Source: a bacterium
GTDB taxonomy: Bacteria > RBG-13-61-14 > DATKZS01
DNA length: 64,000 nt
Assembly: GCA_963674965.2 (NCBI GenBank)
Contig: CAXXFL010000007.1
Location: forward strand, 928,001-992,000
Reading direction: 5' to 3'
A model generated the notes under the pieces. That model saw nothing but the letters and a program-made list of their open reading frames with translations, searched no databases and was not told the origin of the DNA. How positions within the stretch are numbered: position 1 is the stretch's first letter; each line of letters starts with the position of its first letter. The position numbers and the translations under genes were made by a program. Shown here piece by piece: positions 29,375 to 38,406 of this stretch.

Positions 29375-30781
29375 TCACCCTTGTCGGTAAAAATCGAGAA
29401 GCTCCTTGGCGTTTTCCCTCACGCTTTTCACGGAGGGAACGCCCGCGCGGAGGTCGTCAATGGCGCGGGGCGACTCGATGAGGGAGCGCATAACGCGGGC
29501 CAGGTCACGGTGGTCCCCGATACGGAAGGTCAACCCGCCCCCGTCCTTGACCAGCTCGGCCATGCCGCCCACGTCCGAGACGATGGCCGGGACGCCGGCG
29601 AGAAAGGCCTCGTGTATGGTGAGGGGAGAGTTCTCGTACCAAAGGGACGGCACGATTAAAGCGTCCAGACCCGAGAGGATCGAGCCCACCTTGTCGTTCT
29701 CGAAGCGGCCCATAAACCTGACGCGTCGGCCCCGCGCCAGCTTTTCAAGTCTCTTGGCGTAAGCGGGAAACCACTTCATGTCGCCGTATACGAGAAGCTC
29801 GGCGTTCGCGTCATCGAGAAGGCCCATGGCCTGGACCGCCAGGTGGACTCCCTTGTGCTCGACGGGCGTGCCGATGAAGCCGAACCTCAGGTGGCCGGCC
29901 TCGGTCCGCTCGAGGTTTTGGAAGGGAGTCGGATCGAACCCGTAGTCCGAATGGATAATTTTTTCGGGCGAGACCACGCCGGCCTCGAGGGTCTTTTCCA
30001 TGAGGAACCGGCTGGGCGCGAAGACCATCCTGGCCGAGGAAAGGGCCCGGGTCATGGTTTCCATCCTGGCCTCGATCATCTCCCTCCTCGCGTTGAGAGA
30101 TGAGGCGGGATTCTCGAGGTCCCGGGCGTTCTTCCAGGCCCGGAGCCGCTCGACCAGGGGGGAAGGCATTTGGCGCTTGATCGCGTGGGCGGTCCGTATT
30201 GCCCGGTCGGCGGCCGCATTGACGATGGTCCCGGCCAGGCGCGCGGCCTTGTGGGGGGACGCGGCCAGTCCGCTTCCGGGCGATCCCGAGTAAAGCGCGC
30301 CGATGGCGTTGCCGCAGCGGGCGCAGCGCTCGGGGTCCGGTCCGGGGCACAAGGCAAAGCCGGGCTGGAGGAGCAGGATGGGCGGGCATATGTGCCAGTA
30401 GTCGGCCAGGGTCAGGAAAGCCGGTATACCGGCCTTCTCGCATTCCTCGATCATGGAGCACGAGAGCCTGAAGGTATGCTGGAAATGGACCAGGTCGGGT
30501 TTTTGCTCGAGAAGAAAGTCACGGAAAAGCGCGTCAATTTCAGGGTCCGCGTAGGATTCCTTAAAGCCGGCCGGCTCCCCGCGCCGAAGGCGATAGACCG
30601 GGCCGCGCCAGTCGTCTTTGATAATCTCGAATTTGCCCGGGGGGAGGGGCGCGTCCTCCGAGGTGAAGACCACCACCTCGTGTCCCCGCCTCGCGAACTC
30701 CCGGGCCAGAAGGGACGCGTAAATCTCCGTGCCCGCCTGGTGGCCGGGAAGATAGTAGTGGACCACTAATAGGATTTTCAT
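29375..30781 (-). CDS. Glycosyltransferase family 4
   Basis: AGTEIY, PDLVHFQH, HKGVH and PSLWYENSPLTIHEA. Confidence 0.92.
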   Translation of the reverse strand: MKILLVVHYYLPGHQAGTEIYASLLAREFARRGHEVVVFTSEDAPLPPGKFEIIKDDWRGPVYRLRRGEPAGFKESYADPEIDALFRDFLLEQKPDLVHFQHTFRLSCSMIEECEKAGIPAFLTLADYWHICPPILLLQPGFALCPGPDPERCARCGNAIGALYSGSPGSGLAASPHKAARLAGTIVNAAADRAIRTAHAIKRQMPSPLVERLRAWKNARDLENPASSLNARREMIEARMETMTRALSSARMVFAPSRFLMEKTLEAGVVSPEKIIHSDYGFDPTPFQNLERTEAGHLRFGFIGTPVEHKGVHLAVQAMGLLDDANAELLVYGDMKWFPAYAKRLEKLARGRRVRFMGRFENDKVGSILSGLDALIVPSLWYENSPLTIHEAFLAGVPAIVSDVGGMAELVKDGGGLTFRIGDHRDLARVMRSLIESPRAIDDLRAGVPSVKSVRENAKELLDFYRQG

Positions 30782-31761
30782 TTCAAGCGGGGCTTTATAA
30801 GCTTCTCGTAAAAGGAATAAAGAGGGAGGGCCTTGGTCTTGTCCATAAAGTCGGCCAGAAGCTCGATCTCCTCTTTAAGGGACGCGATCTCCTCGTCCCT
30901 GGCCGCCAGCTTTTCAAGGAGTTCTTCTTTCTCTTTTCTTTTCTTTTTAAGGGCCATGGCGCGGGCCATCTCGATGACGAGGGACAGTCCCCGGAAGTCG
31001 GCCCGCTCGGCGGCCTCCCCCGAGGCCAGGTCGGCCAACTCTCCCCACCTGGGCCCCAGACCCTCGGCGGCCCCCACCAGGAAGTGCCGATAGGAGGGCT
31101 CGGCCTTGTCGTAATCGTAAAAGGCCCGGTTGTAGGCCTCCATGAAAAAGGGGATGGCGTCGGCCATCTCCGGGTCCGAGTCCAGGGAGTAATAGGAGGC
31201 CATCATCAGCATCCATCTGTCCAGCCGGCCGCTGGGAATGACCTGGACGTCGAGTCCGCGGTCGACCAGGCCCACGATGGTCGAGACCAGGTCGGGCAGG
31301 GCCAGCTCGAGGTGCTCCTTTAAATAGGGATGATCGTAGCCCGACTGGCCCCGGATGAACTCGAATATCGCCTTGTCCGCCGACCGCACCGCCTCGGAAT
31401 AAAAGGGGGCCGCCAGGATCACGTAGGACTTGGCCACCCGGCAAAGCTCGTGAATGAAAAGCTCGCGCCGCTCGGGGACCACGTGCTCGAGGGTATCGAG
31501 GCTCACGGCTATGTCGAACCGATCGTCCTGAAAGGGAAGCTCGCATCCGCCGGCCATGACGTAGCCCGGCGCGTCGCCCGGGTGGACGTCCACCACGGTT
31601 ATCTCGCGCCCGGAAAGGAACTTGCCTATTTGCGGCGGAAAGCCTCCTCCCACCTCGAGGATGGAAAGGCCCTTGCCCGAGCCCTCCAGGACCGGTACTA
31701 TCTCGGCCACCAGGCGATAGCGCTGGTACTGATCGAAGGGAAGCCGGTAAACGTCCTCGAT
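30778..31761 (-). CDS. Class I SAM methyltransferase with C-terminal coiled coil; probable ATC start
   Basis: ILEVGGG, LPFQDDRFD, DTLEHV. Frame is open to ATC at 31761 behind AGGAGG, adding IEDVYRLPFDQYQRYRL (ORF track starts at 31710). Confidence 0.82.
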   Translation of the reverse strand: MEDVYRLPFDQYQRYRLVAEIVPVLEGSGKGLSILEVGGGFPPQIGKFLSGREITVVDVHPGDAPGYVMAGGCELPFQDDRFDIAVSLDTLEHVVPERRELFIHELCRVAKSYVILAAPFYSEAVRSADKAIFEFIRGQSGYDHPYLKEHLELALPDLVSTIVGLVDRGLDVQVIPSGRLDRWMLMMASYYSLDSDPEMADAIPFFMEAYNRAFYDYDKAEPSYRHFLVGAAEGLGPRWGELADLASGEAAERADFRGLSLVIEMARAMALKKKRKEKEELLEKLAARDEEIASLKEEIELLADFMDKTKALPLYSFYEKLIKPRLK

Positions 31762-31776
31762 GGTCTCCTCCTTTTC

Positions 31777-32364
31777 CTAGGCCCGTTCCTTGATCTTCAC
31801 GGCCGGGACCCCGCCGACGACGGTGTAAGGACCCACCTCGCCCGTGACCACCGCCCCCGCCGCGACCACCGCGCCCTTGCCGACCGAGGAGCCGGGAAGC
31901 ACTATGGCGCCGGCGCCTATCCAGACGTCGTCGCCCACGTGGATGGGCTTGCTCACGTGCTCCTGGCTTTGCATGGGCGCGTCGGGGTCGGTCCCGTGGT
32001 TGGCGCCGATGAAGGACGCGAAGGGCCCCACGTTCACCTGGTTGCCGATGACTATCTCGGCGTCCACCGCCCTGATGGTGACGCCGATCGAGCAGGTGAA
32101 GTCGTCGCCGATCGTGATCCGGTCGGCGCCCATGAAGGTGACGCAGGCCTCGATCCTCGGGTTGGCGCCGATCTTCATGCCCTTTTCCGCGGCCTGGGCC
32201 AATGAGTGGGCGTGGAGGAAGGCGGCCTGCTCCCGCCACCAGAGCATGGCGGGCTCGGTCGAGGCCCAGAGCCTTCCCTCCCGGAGTTCCTTGTACATGC
32301 GATCCACGTCCGGGTCGGCCATCATGCGCGAGATAAACTTGATTTTTTGTATCAGGCTCATCAT
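31777..32364 (-). CDS. Hexapeptide-repeat (LbH) sugar O-acetyltransferase
   Basis: ANH...IHVGDDVWIGAGAIVLPG..VG.GAVVAAGAVVT..V....VVGGVPA. Confidence 0.9.
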   Translation of the reverse strand: MMSLIQKIKFISRMMADPDVDRMYKELREGRLWASTEPAMLWWREQAAFLHAHSLAQAAEKGMKIGANPRIEACVTFMGADRITIGDDFTCSIGVTIRAVDAEIVIGNQVNVGPFASFIGANHGTDPDAPMQSQEHVSKPIHVGDDVWIGAGAIVLPGSSVGKGAVVAAGAVVTGEVGPYTVVGGVPAVKIKERA

Positions 32365-32422
32365 ATAAGGTGATATCTCAGGTTGGCCCCCCGATCAAGC
32401 GGATGCCCCCTGAAGGTTTTTC

Positions 32423-34183
32423 TCAGCCTTCCTTTTTGCGCTCGAGCCGGGGTCTTCCCCAAAAGGCCGGGCAGAACTGGTTGTCGCCGCCGGGGGCGAC
32501 GGTCTCGAGGGTAAGGAGCGCGTTCTTGTTCGCGAAGCGGGCGAGGTCCACCTCCCGATCGAGCCACTTGCGGTGGGACGCCTCCCGCTTGGGATCGATG
32601 GTTTCCTCGAAGACGACCTTTTCCTTCCTCATCCTGGTTTTAATTTTAACGATGAAAGTCGTTCCTCCTCCCGGCTTGGTCCAGGAGTCCTCGGAAAAGG
32701 CCATGCCGAACCTGAGCGCGCTATCGGGCTCGACCTTTACCCGGTACGTGATCGAGCTGGGAGGATGGAGCAGCACGGACAGCCGGTCCTCCCCCGCCAC
32801 CCGCACGCGCCAGGTGGCCACGTAGTCGGGACCGCCCGGGCGGACCTCGGCCTTGTCGAAAAGGGCCGTCAGGTCCGCGTAGCCCCGCGCCGTCTTTTCC
32901 GCCTCGAGCTGGTGGCTGAGGGCCATGAATTCCTTGTGCAGTTCCCGCAGCCTGTCCCGCGAGATGGTCGGCAGGTCCAGGACCGGCTCGGACAGGAACA
33001 CCGACGTGTTCTCGCCCACCTTGGCCAGGCCCATCTCGACGCAGACGTCGTGGATCGGGGTCCCGGGAAAAGGATAGAAGATCGACACCTGCGGGTGGTG
33101 GGGCTTGATAATGCGGTTAAGCTCCATGGTGTCGCGAATGGTTTCCTCCGTGTCGCCCGGCACGCCGATCATGTTGAAGTCCCACGTCTCGAGACCCAGC
33201 TCGTCGGCCCAGCCGAAGACCTCAATGATCTTCCGGTTGGTCATCTTGCGGTTCAGGACCTCGCGCCTGATCCTCTCGTTCCCGCTCTCGACGCCCACGA
33301 TCACCGAGTAAAGGCCCGCGTCGGCCATCCGCTCGAGGGTCTCCCTGTCCACCGACTCGACGCGCAGGAAAATCTGGAAGGGCGTTTTAAACTTCGCCTT
33401 GTATGCCTCGCAGAACTCGAGTATCCACTTCTTCTTGAGCGCGAAAACCTCGTCCATGAAGATGAGGCTTTTGATATCGGGATAGCGAGCGTGAACGTCC
33501 CCAATCTCCCCCATCAGGTCGTCGAGGGGCCGCTGGCGCACCCACTTGGCCTGGCCGCCCACCAGGCTCGCCAGCACGGTGTTGCAACAGTAGGTGCAGT
33601 TGAAGGGACAGCCGCGGGAGGCCATCATCGAGACCTGGCGGTCGTTATAGAGCATGAGCTTCCCGTCGTCGAACAGCTCGCGGTCGGGCCAGGGAAGGCC
33701 GGCCAGGTCTACCGGCGGCCGCAGGTCGTTGCGGACAAGCTCGCCGCTTTTGTTCGCGGCCCACAGGTTCCTGATGGCGCTGAAGTCGCGGCCTTGACCC
33801 AGGGCCTCGAGAAGCTCGAGCAGGGGATACTCTCCCTCCCCCCTGACCAGGGCGTCGAAGGCCCCCGAGGCCATCACGTTCTCCGGGTCGATGGTCGCGT
33901 GAATGCCCCCGATGACGATGAACTTGTCCGTCGCCTTTTTCAGCGCCCGGGCGTAGCGGAGGGTAAAGGAGAACTGCTGGGTGGTGCTCGAGAAGGCGGC
34001 CACCTCGGGGTCGATGGACTTGACCCGCGCGACAAGCTCCTCGTCGGAAATCTCCTTATCCAGATACAAAAGCTCGACCTCGTGCCCGCCGCGCTTGAGC
34101 ACCGACGATATCCAGGCCAGCCCGTGTTGATAATGCGGAAACTGAATGGTGTTTATGTCCGGATATATAAGAAGAATCTTCAT
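32423..34183 (-). CDS. B12-binding radical SAM protein with C-terminal beta-sandwich domain
   Basis: GGIHAT, RGEGE, SRGCPFNCTYC, GVESG, PFPGT; start set at MKILLIYP. Confidence 0.9.
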   Translation of the reverse strand: MKILLIYPDINTIQFPHYQHGLAWISSVLKRGGHEVELLYLDKEISDEELVARVKSIDPEVAAFSSTTQQFSFTLRYARALKKATDKFIVIGGIHATIDPENVMASGAFDALVRGEGEYPLLELLEALGQGRDFSAIRNLWAANKSGELVRNDLRPPVDLAGLPWPDRELFDDGKLMLYNDRQVSMMASRGCPFNCTYCCNTVLASLVGGQAKWVRQRPLDDLMGEIGDVHARYPDIKSLIFMDEVFALKKKWILEFCEAYKAKFKTPFQIFLRVESVDRETLERMADAGLYSVIVGVESGNERIRREVLNRKMTNRKIIEVFGWADELGLETWDFNMIGVPGDTEETIRDTMELNRIIKPHHPQVSIFYPFPGTPIHDVCVEMGLAKVGENTSVFLSEPVLDLPTISRDRLRELHKEFMALSHQLEAEKTARGYADLTALFDKAEVRPGGPDYVATWRVRVAGEDRLSVLLHPPSSITYRVKVEPDSALRFGMAFSEDSWTKPGGGTTFIVKIKTRMRKEKVVFEETIDPKREASHRKWLDREVDLARFANKNALLTLETVAPGGDNQFCPAFWGRPRLERKKEG

Positions 34184-34459
34184 GTCCGAAAAAGCCCGGC
34201 GGTAAGGACCGATCGGCGCCAAGTCCCTAAAAGCCCTTCCCGGCTCCGTTAGGCGAAGTCTATCAGATGCCTCGGATGAGGTAAAGTCATTGGTGGAAAA
34301 CATGGGAGCAATGGCTTCCCGGTGAATCGCCAACGAGGCCGCCCGCCATCATCATTACGGCCCAACCCAGAGGCGAAGGCGGCGCGACCGCGTGGGACCC
34401 CACGGACCGGGCCCGCCTCGTCGTACAAATATTCCTTGACGGCCCGATTCATCGGGCCT

Positions 34460-34517
34460 CCGAGCGAGCTTTAGCGACGCGAGCTAATAGGCCCGCGCTA
34501 AAGCGCGGGCGAAGGCC
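34460..34517. repeat. REP-like palindromic element, copy A
   Basis: CCGAGCGAGCTTTAGCGACGCGAGC...GCCCGCGCTAAAGCGCGGGC; related copies at 36091-36143 and 36322-36363. Confidence 0.65.
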
Positions 34518-34695
34518 GCTCGCCCGAAGTGGGCGGGTCGCCCAGCGCGGCGCGGGAGAAATAATCCACGCGCTCCCGCGCCGGGAAGAGTCGGTTTATT
34601 ACCGCTACTCATGCCTGAAAATCGATCATCAAACGCGACTGAAGCAAACGCGGTGGCCTGCTCGCTTTGCTCGCCCTATAGCGTTATTACTGGTC

Positions 34696-35976
34696 TCAAT
34701 CCCTCACGCAGCGGAAGCCCACGCCGTTGAAATCCAGTTCGGGCGGGGCGTAAGACCTGTAAGAAACTAGATATTCCAGATAGTGGTTCATGCAGGAAAG
34801 ACCGCGGAGGACGCGCCACGAACCGGAGGCCGGTCCGGGAGGGTCGTTAACCGGGCTCGAGCCATAGTATGACGATGAATGCCAGTCGTTGACCCATTCA
34901 TACACGTTGCCCATCATATCGTAAAGACCGTAGCCGTTCGGCGCGTAATACTTTACCGGAGACGTGTCATTGTCCCAGGGGTCGCCTGAATCTTGAAAGT
35001 TGGCGTCGGAGCCGGTAATGGCGTCTCCCCATGGAAAGCGCTTGCCCTCGAGGCCTCCCCTCGCCGCGTACTCCCACTCCGCCTCTGAGGGCAGGCGCTT
35101 GTCCGCCCAGGCGCAATACTCCGAGGCCTGGTTCCAACTGACGTGCATCACCGGATATTCGTCATAGGCCGTGTCCCCGTAATAAACGGTCCTTGTATTG
35201 CTTGAAGAATCGGAAGGGGCCGTGCACGCCCCGGCGCCGACGCAACTCGCGTACTCCGAGTTGGTCACCTCGTGAGCGTCCATGAAAAAGGGAGAGGTGA
35301 CGCAAACGGTATGCACGGGGCGTTGGTCGCCGTACCCCTCGTTAAAGTGGTCGCCCATCTCGAAGCACCCGGCCGGGACCATGACCATGTCCGGATGAAA
35401 AGGGCAGTCCTCATCTATCACGCCGTCACAGTCGTTATCTTTCCCATCGCAGGCGTCGGTCGCGCCCGGATATACGTCCGCGGCCAAATCGTTACAGTCG
35501 TCGTCGGGCGTATTCGAGCCGCCCGGCTTGTAGTGTCCGTCGCCGTCAAGATCGAGGCCGCTCAAATCGACGGACAACGCGTAGGGCGCGCTCGTGATCC
35601 TCGCCCTCGGCGTCATCTCATTGTCGGAACCGACCTTAACGCCCATCCACACGTCCTGGTGGTTCTGAAAGACCGCGGCCAGGTTGCCCTCCGTTCCAGC
35701 GGTTATCGTCCCTGAGCCTATCAGCGCGCTGTAAAGCCCGCCCGTTACCACCACGTCCTCCTGGAGGACCGTGAGGAGGGCGGTGTCTCCCGCCAGGGAG
35801 GCGTAGAAGGTAAAGGTCAGGTCCACGGTATCGCCGTCCGCCGGAGGCTGGCCCGAGGCGTCGGTAATCCTGCCCTGGTAATTGATTAGCTGAGGCGCGG
35901 ACCCCCCCAGCGAAAGACCAATGAACGCCACCGATAAAAAAAACGCCATTAACGCCGCCGCTATTTTCGTCCTCAT
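34696..35976 (-). CDS. Secreted protein: N-terminal domain, MopE-like Asp/Cys metal-binding repeat, FGE-sulfatase (SUMF1) domain
   Basis: Signal peptide; INYQGR; DLDGDG..DCND...YPGA..CDGKDNDCDG; F.MG, EVTN, RLPSEAEWEYAARGG, NGYGLYDM.GNVYEW, GFRC. Confidence 0.88.
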   Translation of the reverse strand: MRTKIAAALMAFFLSVAFIGLSLGGSAPQLINYQGRITDASGQPPADGDTVDLTFTFYASLAGDTALLTVLQEDVVVTGGLYSALIGSGTITAGTEGNLAAVFQNHQDVWMGVKVGSDNEMTPRARITSAPYALSVDLSGLDLDGDGHYKPGGSNTPDDDCNDLAADVYPGATDACDGKDNDCDGVIDEDCPFHPDMVMVPAGCFEMGDHFNEGYGDQRPVHTVCVTSPFFMDAHEVTNSEYASCVGAGACTAPSDSSSNTRTVYYGDTAYDEYPVMHVSWNQASEYCAWADKRLPSEAEWEYAARGGLEGKRFPWGDAITGSDANFQDSGDPWDNDTSPVKYYAPNGYGLYDMMGNVYEWVNDWHSSSYYGSSPVNDPPGPASGSWRVLRGLSCMNHYLEYLVSYRSYAPPELDFNGVGFRCVRD

Positions 35977-36091
35977 GACTTGACCCTCCTCGAGGCGAGA
36001 AATTAATAAGGCTTGTATAAGCTAAACATACTACTTGGCCGTTATATGTCAAGTGGAAAGACAAGGCCCGGGCTGGTGGATGCAAACCGAT
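35966..36091. repeat. ~125-bp direct repeat, copy 1 (promoter, RBS and first codons of the FGE-domain gene)
   Basis: Near-identical to 40315-40438 (TTCGTCCTCATGA...GAGAAATTAATAAGGCTTGTATAAGCTAAACATACTACTTGGCC...GGATGCAAACCGAT). Confidence 0.95.
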
Positions 36092-36363
36092 TCCGAGCGA
36101 GCTTTGGCGACGCGAGCCGTTCGGCCCGTGCTTTAGCGCGGGTTACTCGGCGGCCCGCGTTTTTATTGAGGGCGTTTTAACGTCCTTCTCGTTACTGACG
36201 CTTCAGCGACCCGTTCCCAGGGTTCGATCCGCTCCGACATAGCCCGTTCGCCGGATAAATCCATTGTTTTGAGAAGAACGCTAAAGCGCCCTCCCGATAA
36301 AATATATCGGGGCCACCAGCAACCCGCGCTAAAGCGCGGGCTTGGAACTCGCCGCGCTCGGAA
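36091..36363. repeat. REP-like elements B and C in inverted orientation
   Basis: TTCCGAGCG...GCCCGTGCTTTAGCGCGGGTT and AACCCGCGCTAAAGCGCGGGC...CGCTCGGAA. Confidence 0.6.
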
Positions 36364-36474
36364 GGCCGTTGAAATGGCCAAGACGAAACGCTGAAGCCCT
36401 CAAGATACTCCCTTTTATTGCAGAATATATGCGCCACCATATTAGCTCTTACATTTGTAACTATTTATCATCTC

Positions 36475-37449
36475 TCATTCTTTCCTTGGACACCCGCTGT
36501 CTTTAATTATCTTTTTAATAGACATTCCGTCTGAACCGTCGAGTACCTTGAGTTCATCATTTTGTACCTCTTCACAAATGATAGCCCTCATTCTCGGATC
36601 AATGCCTTTTAGTTCATCCAGCAGTATTAAAGCTTTGAAATCTTTTACATCGATCGGGCTAGCCTGCAGGTTAATTGCACTACGAAGAGATTCAATTTTT
36701 GTGGCATTGTCAATTGCATCAAGGTTAAGAATGCATTTATTGTAATCGTCGAGACTGCCGGCGGACAAGGCGTCATTTACGATGATCTTAGAGCATTCGG
36801 CATTATCAATTTTACAGTGCAGGCAATCGAGAATTCCGTCAAAGCCTCCCAACTTTTCACCTGGATATGACCGAGGGTTGTTCCGGTTCCAGTATATTAT
36901 AAATTCTGATATTTCTTTTGGGTGGGAGCCGGCAAATATCTTAACTAATTGCGATTTGTTATAAGTATCGACTTCGTCTTCCGGCGTGTATAGTAAGGAT
37001 TCGTAATAGGAGAAGTATTTACTCCGGTCAATTTTAAAAACAAGGTCATAAAATGAATCATCCAGATAAGGGAAACTGCCAATTAGATAGGCAATTTCCG
37101 CGTTAATTGATTTGTCATTTCCGTTGGAAAGAAACTTGATGTAGTTTGATTCACTGAAAGTGATCTTTTTGTCATTCTCATGCTCCTCAAGCCAGCACCT
37201 CTGAACTTCAATAGGGTGACAGTTATTGCCATATCTTTGACGGAGTAGCCAATTGATTTCTTCGCTATCGTCACTTCTGTCCCACTTGCATATGTAGTCG
37301 TGAATGGGGATGGAGCACTCCGGGTAACTGTAATACTTTTCAATGTACTTTATTTTGAGTTTAACGTCGGCGGATGTCAGTTCTCTCGGGGAGAGTATCA
37401 CTAATAATGAAACCAATGCAACCAAGTGCCGAATGTATTTTCTAAGCAT
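36475..37449 (-). CDS. Hypothetical exported Cys-containing protein, AT-rich (intact paralogue)
   Basis: 324 aa with hydrophobic N-terminus; aligns along its length with the IS-split neighbour (YPEC, RCWL, ESNYI, FYDLVF.IDRS.YF.YYESLLY, YPGE, KDFKALILL). Confidence 0.8.
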   Translation of the reverse strand: MLRKYIRHLVALVSLLVILSPRELTSADVKLKIKYIEKYYSYPECSIPIHDYICKWDRSDDSEEINWLLRQRYGNNCHPIEVQRCWLEEHENDKKITFSESNYIKFLSNGNDKSINAEIAYLIGSFPYLDDSFYDLVFKIDRSKYFSYYESLLYTPEDEVDTYNKSQLVKIFAGSHPKEISEFIIYWNRNNPRSYPGEKLGGFDGILDCLHCKIDNAECSKIIVNDALSAGSLDDYNKCILNLDAIDNATKIESLRSAINLQASPIDVKDFKALILLDELKGIDPRMRAIICEEVQNDELKVLDGSDGMSIKKIIKDSGCPRKE

Positions 37450-37866
37450 CTTATCCTCCCGCTGATAAATGCGACAACATATCGGATTATTGTCGTAATA
37501 TCGCTACTTAACGTCCTTATTTGAACATTTGCTTTCCTCAATGATCTTATTTACAGCGGCAAGGTCCTCATCATTGAGCACTTTAAGTTCATTGTCATCA
37601 ATAACTCCCTCGCAAATTCTATTTCTAATTCTCTGGTCAATTCCGTTTAGATCATTCAACAGTATTAGAGCTTTGAAATCCTTCTCATTCATTGGAGACG
37701 TATACAATCTAGCACTAACGTTACTTCTTAAAGATTGTATTTTAATATTATAGTCAATTCCATCAAGGTTTTTAATACACTTATTGTAATTGTCAGTCCC
37801 TCTGTGCCAACGTAGATGAGACACTTCCCCTATGTTAAATTACTGTAGGGCGGGGGAGGTATTAGG

Positions 37867-38406
37867 ATGTATAGAGAGATGGATGAAGACAGGAAGAAGG
37901 CAGGGATTGTTGGGGAGACGGAGGGAGCCCGTAGGGCGACCGGAGTCTCCCCAACCGGGACGGCCGAGCCGGAGGACACTCCTGCCAAGCGGCCCGAGCG
38001 GGTGGGGGCGCCGATCATTCTTCCCGAGCCGGAGGTCCCGGAAAAGCCCGCCCGGCGGCGCTTCACCGCGGCTTACAAGCTCGCAATCCTCGGGAAGGCC
38101 GACGCCTGCTCGGGGCATGGCGAGGTCGGCGCCCTGCTGCGCCGGGAGGGCCTTTATTCGTCGCACCTGACGGCCTGGCGCAAGCAGCGGGACGAGGGGG
38201 CCTTGAAAGCGCTTTCGCCCGTAAAGCGGGGCCGCAAGCCCAAGGCCAAAAACCCGCTGGCCGATGAAGTGGCCCGCCTCGAGCGCGAGAACCGGAAGCT
38301 CCAAAAGCGGCTCGAACAGGCCGAGATGATAATCGACTTCCAAAAAAAAGTTGCCGATCTGCTGGGGATACCCCTGGCCAAGCCGCCCGGCGAAGAGAGC
38401 GAATGA
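37867..38406 (+). CDS. IS transposase OrfA (HTH)
   Basis: RRRFTAAYKLAIL...GALLRREGLYSSHL..WR; slippery CAAAAAAAAG at 38341-38350. Confidence 0.88.
   Translation: MYREMDEDRKKAGIVGETEGARRATGVSPTGTAEPEDTPAKRPERVGAPIILPEPEVPEKPARRRFTAAYKLAILGKADACSGHGEVGALLRREGLYSSHLTAWRKQRDEGALKALSPVKRGRKPKAKNPLADEVARLERENRKLQKRLEQAEMIIDFQKKVADLLGIPLAKPPGEESE

Noticed and set aside
31777-31779. In-frame TAG as pyrrolysine
   Set aside because: The acetyltransferase ends at its normal position and a strong RBS follows, so re-initiation is simpler; no pyl genes seen
32423-34183. B12 radical SAM as the missing GRE activase
   Set aside because: It has class B architecture and a glycan-cluster context, and lacks the GRE-activase GCPLRCxWCxNPE-type N-terminus
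34696-34830. FGE-sulfatase (CLec-fold) C-terminus as a DGR variable region
   Set aside because: No template repeat or reverse transcriptase seen in the window, and the RGLSC versus RGGSW change is not at adenine positions. A remote DGR cannot be excluded without a genome search.
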